A stretch of 63,679 nucleotides of DNA, the filler included, from Choristocarpus tenellus KU-1152 (Eukaryota; Protista; Phaeophyceae): NCBI GenBank assembly GCA_964200185.2. It is 12 parts of 12 records of this genome, joined end to end, with 100 filler letters (N's around TTAATTAATTAA, not from the genome) between each part and the next. Parts side by side here need not be neighbours in the genome. Positions count along the whole stretch, not along the records: positions 24,294 to 28,776 come from CAXNAD020014346.1; positions 28,877 to 48,158 come from CAXNAD020000477.1; 10 more parts are not named here. One strand, 5' to 3'. The notes beneath the pieces were generated by a model that searched no databases, was not told the origin of the DNA, and was given only the letters and a program-made list of their open reading frames with translations. This document shows positions 24,301-35,365 of the stretch, in pieces; the stretch's first letter is position 1, and the number at the start of each line of letters is the position of its first letter. The translations under genes and the position numbers were made by a program.

Positions 24301-27300
24301 CTTCGTTTTGAGGTCGTTGGATTTAAGTTGTACATCCTGGAAGGTGAGCATTGAGGGGCGCCTGTATCATTAATGGCAGCAATTGGAGTCCAAATAAATG
24401 CACCTTTTTTATTTTGTCTGTTGATGGGTCTTTTGTATGACAAGCGCCCGTGGGTGGTAACGATGGCAACCATGACTGTTTCCTTCCTTGGTATTAGCAG
24501 TGGTGATGCACCTGGTCACGGCAACAAGGTCAATGTGCGCATGGTGTGCATATTAATATTAGTGCTTCGGAGACAGGTGCTTGAATGCTAGTAGTGTTCC
24601 TACGGAGTACTGTGAGCGCTGGTGGCTCTAGTACCTCTAGTGGCGCTTAGTGCACTATTCATGGGATTGCTAGAAAAGTTAGGAGTGCAATCGGGTACGC
24701 AGTCCATTGCTGGCGCTAGCACAAACTGATCTTGTGCCCTTAGTAGTCTTCCTTATGAGTGCTATCAGGGCTACCAACGCTATGCAGCACTTTTTACCAT
24801 CGCGTAGTGTTTCTACCAGTAGCCCTCCAAGCGACGTTGTGCTATATAGTCGTTTGAACAGAGTTCTTTCATATTCTTTTTCATTGATCTCTACTCCAAT
24901 ATGTATTTATCTAGCCAATTACTCTCAAATATTTGTATTTTCTCGAGGATTATATTCATTGCTTTGTTTTGATTACGTTTTTGACCACGACTCTGAAGCC
25001 CCTCATACACATGTGAATGTGAACGCAAAATAGTATATACAAATAATACTAATTGAAGATGTAATGATCAAGAAATGTTCATTGGCTGTTTGACGTGAGG
25101 AACAACTACTGTGAATACTACTATTTTATTATTGTGCTAGATGTGTCATGCGTTTTAACCTTGAATCACCAGGGAGATGGGCACGGAGGGGTTTATTGGA
25201 TTCTTGGGATGCCTCCCTAGCTCCTCCCAGGGTACAGGTATAGGTAGATTGGAGACACAGGAGGGAAGCAGTACAACATAGATAGTGGTGGAGTAACACA
25301 TGGATTAGGTTTTTTCACATTCATGACATTTTATTTCTTTAGGGGTTATACTGACAATAAGTGCTACTATTGTAAATTGCAGCAGAGTAGCGTTGCATTT
25401 GTAGGTTAATTGTAGAATTACGTTAATTATGGCAATCATAAGGTGTGTTACGAAGGCTCCCAGCAGCTTACCTTGATAGGATACGTAGCTCCCATCCATA
25501 AGTCTGTTTGTAAGCTGATGATGAGGCCCAAACACAGCATATGTGATGTGTTCATACCTGATAGTCAAGAGCCAAGGAAAATAGGTGGTTGTCAGCCTTG
25601 ATTTATGACAAACACAAAGAGTTTCTTCGAGGTTGATGTTTGAATGGCTCGCGATGCACTCGAGGGAGGTGAGTTATTCCCGAATATGTTCCGAATGCCA
25701 TGAGTAATCGTATGTCATGTGCTTCAGGTTTTCATCTACCATACATGTCAACTCAATTCTACTCCACATTATAGTCAAGATACAAATTATACACTTCTGC
25801 ATCTGTAAGGCGACTTTGAACGTTCCCCTTTTGGACTGTCGTTCGTGTGTATACTTGCTGCCCACACGGATTCAAGCGTGGGTGGCGATACATACGCTAA
25901 TCGCCTATCACACCTGTACTGCAGGAAGTAGTGGCAGTGTGATGGAGAGCAGAAAATAGGAGGTGAAAGGAGGAGCTCCTACAAAAATATAGAAGGGGGG
26001 AGGAGATCCCAGTACAGAACTCGCACCAAGTATATTATTCTACTCCACATTATAGTCAGTTAATTAAGTAGGCGCAATTTCCCATCAACCAGGCAGCTAG
26101 TGGGTGCTCGATTAAGATCTGGGCGTCCTGTAAGTGGCCAAAGTTGCTGGAGTTGTACCGTGCTCAGCACATTATTCCACGTTGAGATGCCTGCGTTATG
26201 TAAACGAATGGATCTAATGCAATTCTTTTGTGTATGTAAAGGTGATGGTTCCTGTTTGCTATTTCATCTACATACTAAACAGCCGATTTCAAAAATTGAG
26301 GATGGACCTTTTCATTGAGGATGGACTTGACCCAAAATTGACTGGGATAAAGTGTAGATATGTTTTTTGTTTTAAATGTCCTGTACTTCTACAGGCTCTA
26401 AAAGTGGTCTATGGCCAGAGTATTTCGTCCCTATATATACTGTAGAGGTGTCATGACGATACAATAATGGTGTTTGATCATTTATAATTCAATTGGGAGT
26501 GATGAGAGATGGTTTGGACACCCGACGTTTGTATATAATGGAAAGGCCTGCGTTCCCAAGTTTGAAAACGTAAAAATCACACAAATCAAAAATCAAGATC
26601 AACCCAACTTCATCCTTGTTCCAGCCTTCAACCTCTTACCGATAACAGCGAAAACTAAGCCAGAAGATAGTTCAACCAAGGAAGGGTTGAATCAATCCGA
26701 GGCCACGGTCGGAGGACAAGAGCTATCGAAACACAAACATCGAGAGAGGAGTAGGATCAAAGGTTGAGTAAGGAACATGTGTGAGAAGACCAGATCCAAG
26801 GCCGACACCGCCCCCTGCACAAATGCCCCCTCTATCCAACCGTTCGCCGACGATTCAGATAGGGAGTTCCTTAGAAACTCAAAAGGGGGAAACGCCCCCA
26901 TGGAGGTAAGCTAATTGGCGGGCGATATCTAATTCCTGTAGCAAGTACCCGTCAATATATCCTATAGCTGTGACAGAGGAACCTCCCCCCCTGGACGGTT
27001 TCTTTGAGTGAATCTGGTCCCCTTTTAGGTATGTAGTTATTGCAACCGCCATTAATCTCACAGCCCTCTCACGTTAAGTTTTTTTCGGTGTCTCTGATGA
27101 TTTCCTTGTTCAACAAACCAAATATCCACGAGCTCGGGACGCGTCGCATGCTTGGTGCTTGGTCAAGGATGCCCATGGTAGTTAGTCATAGAGCAGGAAA
27201 TTTTCAGAAGATTTAGGTGTTTGGAAATTTTGGTTTTCAAGACGTTAAGGATCTACCATTGATACGAGCCAATGTGTCAACTGTCTCTATCGGTCGTACC

Positions 27301-28183
27301 CCACCCGCATCTAGTCACCCGAATACGATACCGGCCCAAGTGAACCCTGCATCACCTCGAAGCCCATCTTGGATAGCAAGGGGCGCTGTCCACCCTACTC
27401 GGTACCACAATCATATTTTTTTCGTAATGATCTCCCACCTGCGGATGCATACTATTTGTACGACGCTTAAATCAACAAGCACATTGCCTACGCAATCTAC
27501 CCCGTCACGTCAAGGAGTCATTTCTCCTTTCTGAATTGCCCATGCCCTTTCAACACTACTTGAAAACTGTAATCCTTTTGAAATTTTCTCTGGTGCAGTG
27601 TAACAACCTAGTGCATTTCCTCATCCAAATGCTACGATTCCATTCCCAACACGTTAGGAGATCTTGACCTACTCTCCCATCCTCTGCCTTGTCCTTGACG
27701 ACACAGATGCACATCAATATTCCAGAGGCAGGCCAGAGGAGGGGATCACCCATGACCGTTGACGGACCTGGGAGGTGAGGAACCCTCTCCTGCTCTGTAA
27801 TAAGTCCTACTGATTCTTGTGGTGTAATGTTGGACATCAAATGTTGAGTTCATTTGTGTGTTACAGTAATTACCATCATGCCTTCTGCCTAGTGTTTCCC
27901 CCATACCACCTACCACACCTGAGAATTTTTTTTCTCAAGGCTGTTGGCAACGCTGCTTGAGAGGGGTTGTCCCTAATGTTTGAGGAATGTAGTCCTTGAG
28001 TATTGCCTTCTCTCACAAGAGTGAGGTTCATGGTCTTGAAAAGAAACATGGATGCATTGGCAGGAAGTCAAGGCATAGCACCGCTATTGCTTCATCTGGC
28101 TAAGGTCTGACCCTCTTCTCAGCTTGACCATGCTGATCTACCACAGTGGAGGCTCGACCTCTGGGACCAGTGCTGCAGATTAA
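24301..28183 (+). CDS. Candidate multi-exon gene of unknown function (fragmentary model)
   Basis: A series of short segments bounded by pyrimidine-AG and GT(A/G)AG-like sites on the plus strand (~24301-24343, ~25620-25668, ~26093-26128, ~26283-26350, ~27706-27773, ~28123-28183). The last two join in phase to a stop codon, but the full chain does not resolve. Confidence 0.25.
25143..25330. repeat. Dispersed repeat (~190 bp), second copy at ~52291-52480
   Basis: GAATCACCAGGGAGATGGGCAC.GAGG.GTTTATTGGATTCTTGGGATGCCTCCCTAGCTCCTCCC...CAGGTATAGGTAGATTGGAGACACAGG is found in two different contigs. Confidence 0.9.
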
Positions 28184-28876
28184 ACCTCCGCTGCTGCTGT
28201 TTCTTTTTTCTGTGTTCATGTTCTGCTTCTCCGTAGACCGTTGAGCCAAATGGCCAATAAGGGGGGTCTAATCAGGGGTCTTCAACACATTCTTTACGAG
28301 GTGAGGGGTGTTTTGCGGGTTGAGATCTGTTGCATTGAGGAAGTTCCTCTGATTCTTTTGACACTGTAAGCAGCTTTTGTTTTAGTTTTTTGGTTTTGAT
28401 GTCTGTGAGCGTTAAGTGTATTCTTCTCCATAAACTCGCAGGTAGTTGTTGTACTTGATGGATGTATTTCGTGTTATTCTCCTGATGCACGTTGTAGCAA
28501 GAAAGGAAGAAGCATACACACTGCCTGTTGTTAAGGTCAGGACTTGACTTGAGTACACGCTTGGCTCCCCAATTGACACCTGTTGTGTAAGGGAAGTGAT
28601 CAGGCTTACGATCAATGTTCAATCTGCCTGCTTTTTGATATGGACACAATTGGACGGTACGCATGAAGGAGGTAGGAGTGTTGTAGGTAGGATTGGTCTC
28701 ATTTGATCGGGGGTTTTTAGGTGTCAGTATCATTCACAGGTGTATGACAGGCACCTCGAATAAGCTAGAATGGCCTNNNNNNNNNNNNNNNNNNNNNNNN
28801 NNNNNNNNNNNNNNNNNNNNTTAATTAATTAANNNNNNNNNNNNNNNNNNNNNNNNNNNNNNNNNNNNNNNNNNNN

Positions 28877-31800
28877 CTCGTTCACCGCAGGCGGGTGTTT
28901 TCTTTGCCCACCAGGACCACCTTTCCTCCCCCCCTCCTGCCCAAAGTCGACCCCATCTCCATTGTCAGGGTCCTTGTACACAATCTTAACTTCTCGCTTG
29001 GACACCGCACACATAGCTTCCTCAATAGACTCAAGAACCTACGACACCATACAACGAAATGTGATCCAAATCGGCAATGACAATCAGGTGTAGAATGATG
29101 AAGATATTTGTAAGCACGGCAATGGAGGTGAAAGTCGGGGGGTGGAGTTGGTGATCCCTGGCATGGTGATAGAAGCAAGGAAGTACTCTAGGGGCATGCC
29201 AGCTCTGAAAATTCCGCTGATACCAATCATCAGCTATACTTATTTCAAAGCACCCTACCATTTCCTAGGGGTTTGTCACTCTCCTTCGCTTGAACCAGTA
29301 AACATTGTTGGTGTAAACACCTCACACTCTGATGTGTACACATACTAAAAAGTGTCGACTATCCACACAACAACCCATTTTTCACACTTCTGTGGTGGGA
29401 GGAAAGAGAGTATCACACAGCAACTTGAGCAGCAGTAGCAGCCATTTTTTAAGGATGAGAAACTGTTCTAGCTGTCTTATGTTCCTCTCACCAACACCAC
29501 AGGAATTCAATATCAAGAATATTCTTGANNNNNNNNNNTATTTACCCAACCAAGTTTATTTTTTATTCCAAATCAATTGAGAGGTAGGCAAGAGAGGACA
29601 CTCTGACGCCATTTTGTAAAATTGCAGAAATATCCGTTGCTTAACTATGGTGTCACTTTGTGTGTGGAAAGGGTAATTTCAATTTTTTGTGTAAGCTATT
29701 GCGAGCTATAGGAATGAAATAGGGTGTATTGCACAGAAATGAAGTGGGGTGTATGGCACAGGGTAAGAAAGATGGCTTAAAGTGCAAAAAGGTCCTAACC
29801 CACCTACCCTCAATTGGTTTGGCTCCTCTGTATCAATCCTCGCGGGACTCTTTTCAAGATTACAGAGAACAGCTTACTATAAACTATCTAAACTACCCTG
29901 CCCCTTTCTCTCCCCCCTCCCCAAGCGCATTCCGCCTACCCAAGCATCCACACCCACCAACTGTCTCATTGTGTCAATAACAACGAAGTCCACCAGGCGG
30001 AGAAAGCGAGTCAACCGTCTACATTCAGAGCGGAGGCTGGCGCGCTCCATAAATGTCATATGATGATCGGAAGAAATAGAGTTGGCAGTGAGGAAGGTGT
30101 CCACCACCTCGTTGAGTGAGGTCCGTGCCATGGCGTGCACCTTGTCTGAGAACTCCTTGAGGACCTGTTTGTTTCAGTATCATGGAATACACATTGAATA
30201 AAATCAAGAGGTATAGGGAAGTGAGGTGTGAGGAAAGGGAGTAGCAAAAGACGAGGAGGTAGGCAAGGAAATGGTTAGGTCTTCCTGTGGATAGGGGATG
30301 CAATCATACGTTTGTCTACTTGTTTTCTGTTCCTTTCTCCATTTGTTCGTCTAAATTTTTTTGCATGTAGAGCAAACACTCTCTTGTATATGTAGCTGTC
30401 TTGGAGAGAGCCATCCCCAAAACTTGGGGTTGACACCTGTATCACTTTTTTCGAGAGTTGTGAAGAAGGGAGGCATAGCAACAAAAGCCTTGATATCTAC
30501 ATCCCCTTGCAAGGATATAGTCTGAGAACAAAGTCCTTCACATAAAGACAACATTTGCACAAAACTTGGAATGGCTGCTCCAAATGTGCACTCCATGTGA
30601 CACTCTTACAATCCAGTTCATCTGGCACCAATTAATGTCCCCACAATACATATTAATAGTAGTATAGGACCGTAATCAAATAAGGGCAAATCCCTTCACC
30701 CTCTCACATCCCAGCTTTGTAGGATAACTTGGCAAGCCAGAGAGATGTCAAGGAGCCTTTGTTGAGATGCGCCAGAGCTGATGTGAGACTTTTTTTCTGC
30801 GGAAAAATATTTGCTATGCTAGACAGAGGCTCCGGATATTGAGTAACAGACCACACTGTAAGACAATTAGGGTCATCGATATCACTTGTAGAAAATTGTG
30901 TCTTACCGGGGGGAGGGGAGGGGGTATTACAGATTCTTGAAGCAATTACAAAAAATACCAAGGACTTTCTTACAACTACTTCAAATCACAACTACTAACA
31001 ATCAAATCCCATGCCCGATTTTGGATTCCAAGAACAACTTAATATGGGGGGAGGGAGGGAGGTATCTGTGCCTATACCCAGCAGTGCACACACCTTTGCC
31101 ACATCCTGCTGAGTGAGACGCTGCTTCTCTAGGAACTCCTGGAGTGTAGTGGTCGTTCCCTCACTGAGCGCAAAAAGACGTCGCCCAGCCACCCCCACAC
31201 ACTCCCACCGAATCCCTGCAATAGCACGCCTCAACTGAGGGTTGAACACAAAAAGCTTCGAACCTACTTCCCTAGCAGCATGATTAAACTTGAAAGACTT
31301 CAAAGCTCGCCGCCATACTGTAAAACTCTTCCAATGGCGATACTTGGCAAAAAACGGGATGCTGAAGGTTGAGGAGGAGGGGGAAAAGGAAGGCAGATGG
31401 AAGGAAATCATTGAGCTTTCTAGTCCAACGAATTTCCAACCCAGTTGACCGTCTGTAGTTTTACTGTAGACAGGTGGAGTTACCTGAGGCTCCGACAAAA
31501 TGTTTGTTATCTTCCAGTGTGAATAGAGTGGACTGAAGAAAAGGCTTAAACATTAAGTCAGGGTATTTAGGGACTGGAGGGGATAGTAAGGAGGAGGAAG
31601 GCAAAAAGGGCAGGATCAGCTATTGGAAACAAATAGGCCTGAACAATCGAATTTTGTTATTCATTCTTGATTGCTTTTGCATCTACAGTGATGTGGTTAC
31701 TTGATGTTCATCAAAGGCACAAAGTTCAAGGCGCATTCCAATCATACTGCGAGTAATAGGAAACAAGAGGTATCCAGGTTTGGCCGTTTTCCATCTAAAG

Positions 31801-34800
31801 TCAGTTTTTCAATCTTTCACAATTCACCCATATTTCCATGGATGACTTGTTAAGTTTGACTTAAGACTGTTGATTTCTCTATTGTTTAAAACCTTCCGAA
31901 AGAATTCAGAAAAGTTCCTATAAGCATTTGAAAAAAAGTCAAGGCTTGTAAACATTTGTCAGCATCCTTGAAATGCAACTCTGGGTACCTCTCTTTTACT
32001 TTGACTCTGTGGTAAGGTTATTAGTGTGATCCCTCAAAGTGTAAACTAATTTACACTCAAAAGTTCCACTGCAATTGCTTCTTGTACTTCGAAGTATATG
32101 TTGTCTGTCTGCATGACAGAAAAGACACGTTGCTGTTATTGACACACACGGATTTCCCAATGGCCAAGGGAATGAGACCTATAGTAACCCCTTGTTTTCC
32201 GAATTGTGCTGTGGTCACCTTCGGATGTGATGAAAGAATGCATATTCCCTCTCCCATCGATCCAGTGCTGTAAAGTCACTCTCCATGTCCTTGAAGTAGG
32301 CAATCCCTGCACGGCTCAGGGTAAAATAGTCCTTTCCTTGACCTTGAGCCCCTCCTAACTTCCCCTGACCCTGCCCTCCTTGTCCAGGGGATTCAAGAGG
32401 CACCACAGCCTGTCTGTCAAAACTGCTTGTAACCTAGATTACCACATCAGATTTGGAAGGGTGGGGGGAAACACTTCATTACAACTCTTTTAGAGTCGGT
32501 GCAGGGCTGACCTACATGAGGGTGGATTTATGCGCACAGGTACTCTAATAATGGGAGTCACATGTTTTTCTCAGTTACAGAAGGCCCTGGGTTCCTAGTA
32601 CACATGAAGACAAGCGTCTTCCTAGGCATATCAGGAGAGAGTGCATAAGTAGGCCAATCTTACTGCACTTTTCAAATGTGATATTGGATAATTGACTGGA
32701 GAATTCCATCATCTATGATCATCCGTGTGAATCTTTATCCAAAGACACTGGTCATATAATATTGATGAACAGGACAAGGTGACCAAATGGTATATTGATA
32801 CAAATATATATTTTCGAGATGTTCACCCCACTCTTCATAACATAGAATACGGGTACAGTCTTGCCACATACTCTGGACTTTTTCACACCTACAACTTTGT
32901 CGGCAAGCAAAAAAATTGTTGTGAGTACTTCTATAAAGACAGGGCATACGGTAAGATAAAGATGCCTTTCTTTCTGGCACCTAAAAAAAAAGGATTGGGC
33001 TCTTTTGTCCAAATTGGCCTATAAAACTCAATGATTCGTTGCCTCTGTGCGGCCAGGATGCACAACTTTGGCACAACCATGCAAGTATGGGATTGAGAAT
33101 TAACACTGGTTAGTATAAGAGTCCATCTTCTTAAGTTTCCCATGTTAGTTTGGGACTGAGGTTGGAGATAATACTATCGTAACACACATTCATTGATCCC
33201 TTGAACACTGCAGCATGATCACCTCAAGATCATAAGAAGTTGCATTAGTTCCCAGTCGCTGTCTCAGGTATAAGAAGTGTCCTTCGTTGTTGAAAAAGTC
33301 AAATAGCTGATCATCCCTGAGATTGAGGGATGCCAGAAATGACCCCTTGGCTAACTCAGGGACATCTTGATGCCTCCCCCGTTCTTTGCCAATGCGATGT
33401 GCTTCCTCTGAGAGAGATGACAATGGACCTGTGCTTCTAACATCACTTCCGTTCTTTCCCCAGGCTGCACTCGGCAAGATTCCAATTCCCACACCTTGAT
33501 TTTCCGTGATATTATCTGCAGAGGAGTGAAATATGAGGCCCTGGCTATTGGGGGTGTCTGGCAGCGCTGAGGTAGAAAGGGACTCCCCAAGACTGATGCG
33601 AGGTGGAGGGTGGGCATTGTGGGATGTAGATTAGCTGTGTGGTTGAGTACAACATGAGTAGGGCGAAAGAAAGAATACCTGTCCGAAAATTCAGAGGTTT
33701 TTGGTCGAGCATCTGTGTGGAAAGTCTCCCCAAGCGTCAGAGAGGAAGACAGCAGTTGGGCTAATTGAGATTCTTGGAAGGAATTGACCCATGCTGTTAC
33801 ATTTATCTGAGACACACTATGAAGTTTAACCATGTGTGATGAAACTACTTACTGGCCATGTTAGCTTAATCTTCTGCAAATAGTTTATTGCCTGATTTTG
33901 CCCACCTACGGTTGTATCCAACTGTGGCCTTTGAGGTCGAAGTTGGGGACGTCATTTTGTCATTCTTCAGAAAGGTTGCACTCTCCTCCCTTTGATGTAT
34001 AATTCCCAACGGAGTTCTCCCTCCCCCTAGCTGCCCAACAGCTTCCCTTCCACGACTTGGAGAAAGGTTCATTCCCCTGGCAGGTATGGAGCATACACCT
34101 TGAGTTGGTGTGCTTTTTGGATCTAGAACAAATTGTCCAGTCTGTGCTCCACCTGAACGTCTGCGAATACCAATTAGCGGCGGGCTATTTGGCACTTCTA
34201 CAGGAGATGTCAGGCTCGCCTGACTTCGACTAGCTAGCCTCGGCATCAACACTGGTGATATTGAACCACCTTGAGAATCCTTGCTACCTCTTGATCGCAG
34301 GAGCCCTGAAACACCCCCAACAGGTGATGTCATTCCATCCGAATCGCTTGTGCGCTCGGCTGGATTGTATACACCCGATCCAAAATTCGTATTGCGCGGT
34401 GGCGAGTTGGGAGTGAGACGTTCGTTCTTGGATTGACCTCCTGCATACAAACGGCCTGCCAAGGCATCCAGAGGTATTCCCATAGCCTGTTCTCACATGC
34501 GAAGATGTATGGTTTATTGATCAGTGGTAGTTATGGGTAGGTGGAGGTCATCAATGAACGACACTATAATAGTCACTCATGGAAGAAACGTGAGAAATGG
34601 TCTTGAGATTGAGACCAAAAGGACATCTACGAGTTGTTGCAGCAAATCATAAGCATGACCAGTAGGTTAGTAAAGGTCCAAATAGATCACGCCCACCGTA
34701 GGTACGAGCTATGTTGAGCGCCCAGCTCTTACCCTTGGTATTGAAGACTCGTCGAGTTCATCGGTGACACTGGTTGGAACCCATGCCAATGGTCGACCCT

Positions 34801-34855
34801 CTCCTGCGCAATGCACTGGAGGGGGGCTATGACTACGCCGATCATCCTCCATCAT
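28877..34855 (-). CDS. DNAH6: Axonemal inner-arm dynein heavy chain, DNAH6-like; 5' part only (N-terminal tail), truncated by the contig end at 28877
   Basis: GT-AG exon chain on the minus strand: 34855-34733 (ATG, MMEDDRRS...), 34486-~33906, an unresolved small exon within 33516-33905, 33515-33223, 32409-32219, 31361-31094, 30164-29958, 29038-28877 (runs into gap). Phases agree at every junction except around the unresolved exon. Peptides GHFLYLRQ...SYDLE|AVVP, DYFTLSRAGIAYF...FTALDRWEREY, IPFFAKYRHWKSFTVWRR...LFVFNPQLRRA and MTFMERASLRSECRRLTRFLRLVDFVVIDTM match in order the DNAH6-type N-terminal motifs as I recall them. No AAA motor domain is in the window. Confidence 0.85.
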
Positions 34856-35365
34856 CGGTTAGTTGTTCCACCATGCACTATGCCCTATCTTCCATCATCT
34901 CTATGGTCACAGTCAACTCGATTGGACCATGTTCAGCATGAGTTGAAATTCTTTCGTGGAAAAACAATGAAACGTTAAAAACATGCCTCCATATACTATA
35001 GCAACTGTGGGAACGAATTCGTTAACTATTACTACTATCACTCTTCATCATACCATAGTAGATGTACCACCCAATCAACCCCACACGCAAAACCATCAGC
35101 TGAGTGGAGGTTGCAAGGTTGTCAAGGAGAGAAAGGTAGAGTTGATATCCTCTTAAATAGGTTGCCGTTGTCACTTATCTTCGTCGGGGATCCTATTTGC
35201 TCCAATTGAACGTCAAGCATCAGCGGTTCACGAACCACTTTGGTATCCCCAATTCCATGTTGGGTATTACAAGTTTTCTCAGTGGTTGGATGGGAGTACA
35301 AACCTTTCCAAACAATGGTGACTGAATGCCCATTAACTTCCCCTCTGTTGCGACAGGCAAGCGAT

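Noticed and set aside
26879-27061. DIARQLAYLHG resembling kinase subdomain VIa
   Set aside because: No HRD, DFG or other kinase motifs follow, and splice signals nearby favour the opposite strand.
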